Shown: positions 63,245-64,000 of the stretch, one piece after another
How positions within the stretch are numbered: position 1 is the stretch's first letter
Layout of the letters: every line of letters begins with the position of its first letter
Source: an uncultured Sulfolobales archaeon
GTDB taxonomy: Archaea > Thermoproteota > Thermoprotei_A > Sulfolobales > NBVN01
Direction: 5' to 3'
Length of the DNA stretch: 64,000 bases
NCBI GenBank assembly: GCA_938073905.1
Contig: CALJEN010000005.1
Location: 347,363-411,362 of the forward strand
The notes under the pieces: generated by a model
Told to the model about the DNA's origin: nothing
The model's input: only the letters and a program-made list of their open reading frames with translations
Database searches by the model: none
Program-made: the position numbers and the translations under genes

Positions 63245-64000
63245 CTAGACCCGCGGGGGGTACCTGCTCCGCACGGTGCTCGAGAGGAGCTCGAGGGCCC
63301 TCCCGACTCCCTGCTCCACGAACCTCCCGGGCGAGACCGGGACTACCCTCGGCTCTTCCGCTAGCCCCAGTAGGCCCTCCACGTAGGACCTGAAGCTCCT
63401 CGCCATCCCCCTCCCGTACCCACCGCCGAGGATGGAGACGACTCCCCTGAGCTCCCCGGACTCCAGGAGCCTCCCCAGGTAGGACCCGAAGAGGGCGTAC
63501 GCGCGCTCCGTGGCCTCGAGCTGGGTCAGCCCGTCGTCTCTGTGGGCGTCGAAGCCGGCGAAGACCACAAAGACGTCCGGTCTGAAGACCGTCCTGGCCC
63601 TCTCGACGACTTCGAGGAGGAACCACGCGTAGTGGCCGTCTCCCGAGCCGGGGTATAGCGGGACGTTGATCTTGGTCCCCTCGGCACCCGGGCCCCCGAC
63701 GTCCTCGACGCTCCCGGTTCCCGGGTAGAGCCACCTCTGGTGAGCGTCCAGGTGGAGGACCCTGTAGTCCTCCCAGAGGATCTCCTGGGTCCCGTTCCCG
63801 TGGTGGGCGTCGAAGTCGAGGACGGCGACCCTGTACCCGCGGTCCGCCAGGACTCTGGCGGCCACTGAGGCGTAGTCGAACACGCAGAACCCGAGGGTGG
63901 GGGCCCCCATGGCCGGTCCCCTCCTCCCGGCGTGGTGTCCCCCGGGCCTCGCCATCACGAACCAGGGAGTCCCAGTCTCGGCGGACGCCAGGGCCGCGTC
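63245..64000 (-). CDS. Histone deacetylase-family (AcuC/HDAC-like) protein, 5'-truncated by the window edge
   Basis: RPGGHHA, DFDAHHGNGTQ and GGGY motifs. The frame stays open to the end of the window. Confidence 0.85.
   Translation of the reverse strand, partial: DAALASAETGTPWFVMARPGGHHAGRRGPAMGAPTLGFCVFDYASVAARVLADRGYRVAVLDFDAHHGNGTQEILWEDYRVLHLDAHQRWLYPGTGSVEDVGGPGAEGTKINVPLYPGSGDGHYAWFLLEVVERARTVFRPDVFVVFAGFDAHRDDGLTQLEATERAYALFGSYLGRLLESGELRGVVSILGGGYGRGMARSFRSYVEGLLGLAEEPRVVPVSPGRFVEQGVGRALELLSSTVRSRYPPRV

Noticed and set aside
62610-63734. 374-aa minus-strand ORF
   Set aside because: It is antisense to csl4 and out of frame with the HDAC-family gene. It has no motifs.
1-64000. C/D box or H/ACA small RNAs in intergenic regions
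   Set aside because: I scanned the spacers by eye for RUGAUGA...CUGA pairs at sRNA spacing. The TGATGA strings I noted lie inside coding regions. I cannot exclude degenerate boxes without a proper search.

Overview
The window looks like a GC-rich chromosomal segment from a hyperthermophilic crenarchaeon (Thermoproteota, Desulfurococcales-like). I did not compute the GC value. This is inferred from gene content: Nop5-fibrillarin-GINS-MCM synteny, CdvB/ESCRT-III, Elf1, Rpo7-Spt4, aEF-1alpha-S10, GGGP synthase, intron-containing tRNAs, and TATA-box/leaderless promoter architecture. About 65 protein genes are packed tightly, and many have overlapping start/stop codons. RNA genes: one SRP (7S) RNA, tRNA-Cys(GCA), tRNA-His(GTG), tRNA-Ser(GGA) and tRNA-Leu(CAA, with intron). 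There is a 3-repeat orphan CRISPR array with no cas genes in the window. Points worth follow-up: (1) an operon for the archaeal-type mevalonate pathway (UbiD-like decarboxylase plus aconitase-X large and small subunits), in which the small subunit is fused to thymidylate kinase and the first gene is a Clp1-like kinase; (2) a class-II-type HMG-CoA reductase; (3) an orphan 1011-aa Eco57I/TaqI-like N6-adenine methyltransferase flanked by long non-coding stretches, next to an RHH gene, an inverted-repeat operator and a zinc-ribbon ORF with no canonical start codon; (4) KsgA, whose conserved N-terminus also lies upstream of any ATG/GTG/TTG; (5) several 260-690 nt GC-rich spacers with no credible ORF, two of which share a bipartite 10+17 nt motif. 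I found no complete, clearly novel multi-gene system. The candidates above are hypotheses, and none was checked against any database.
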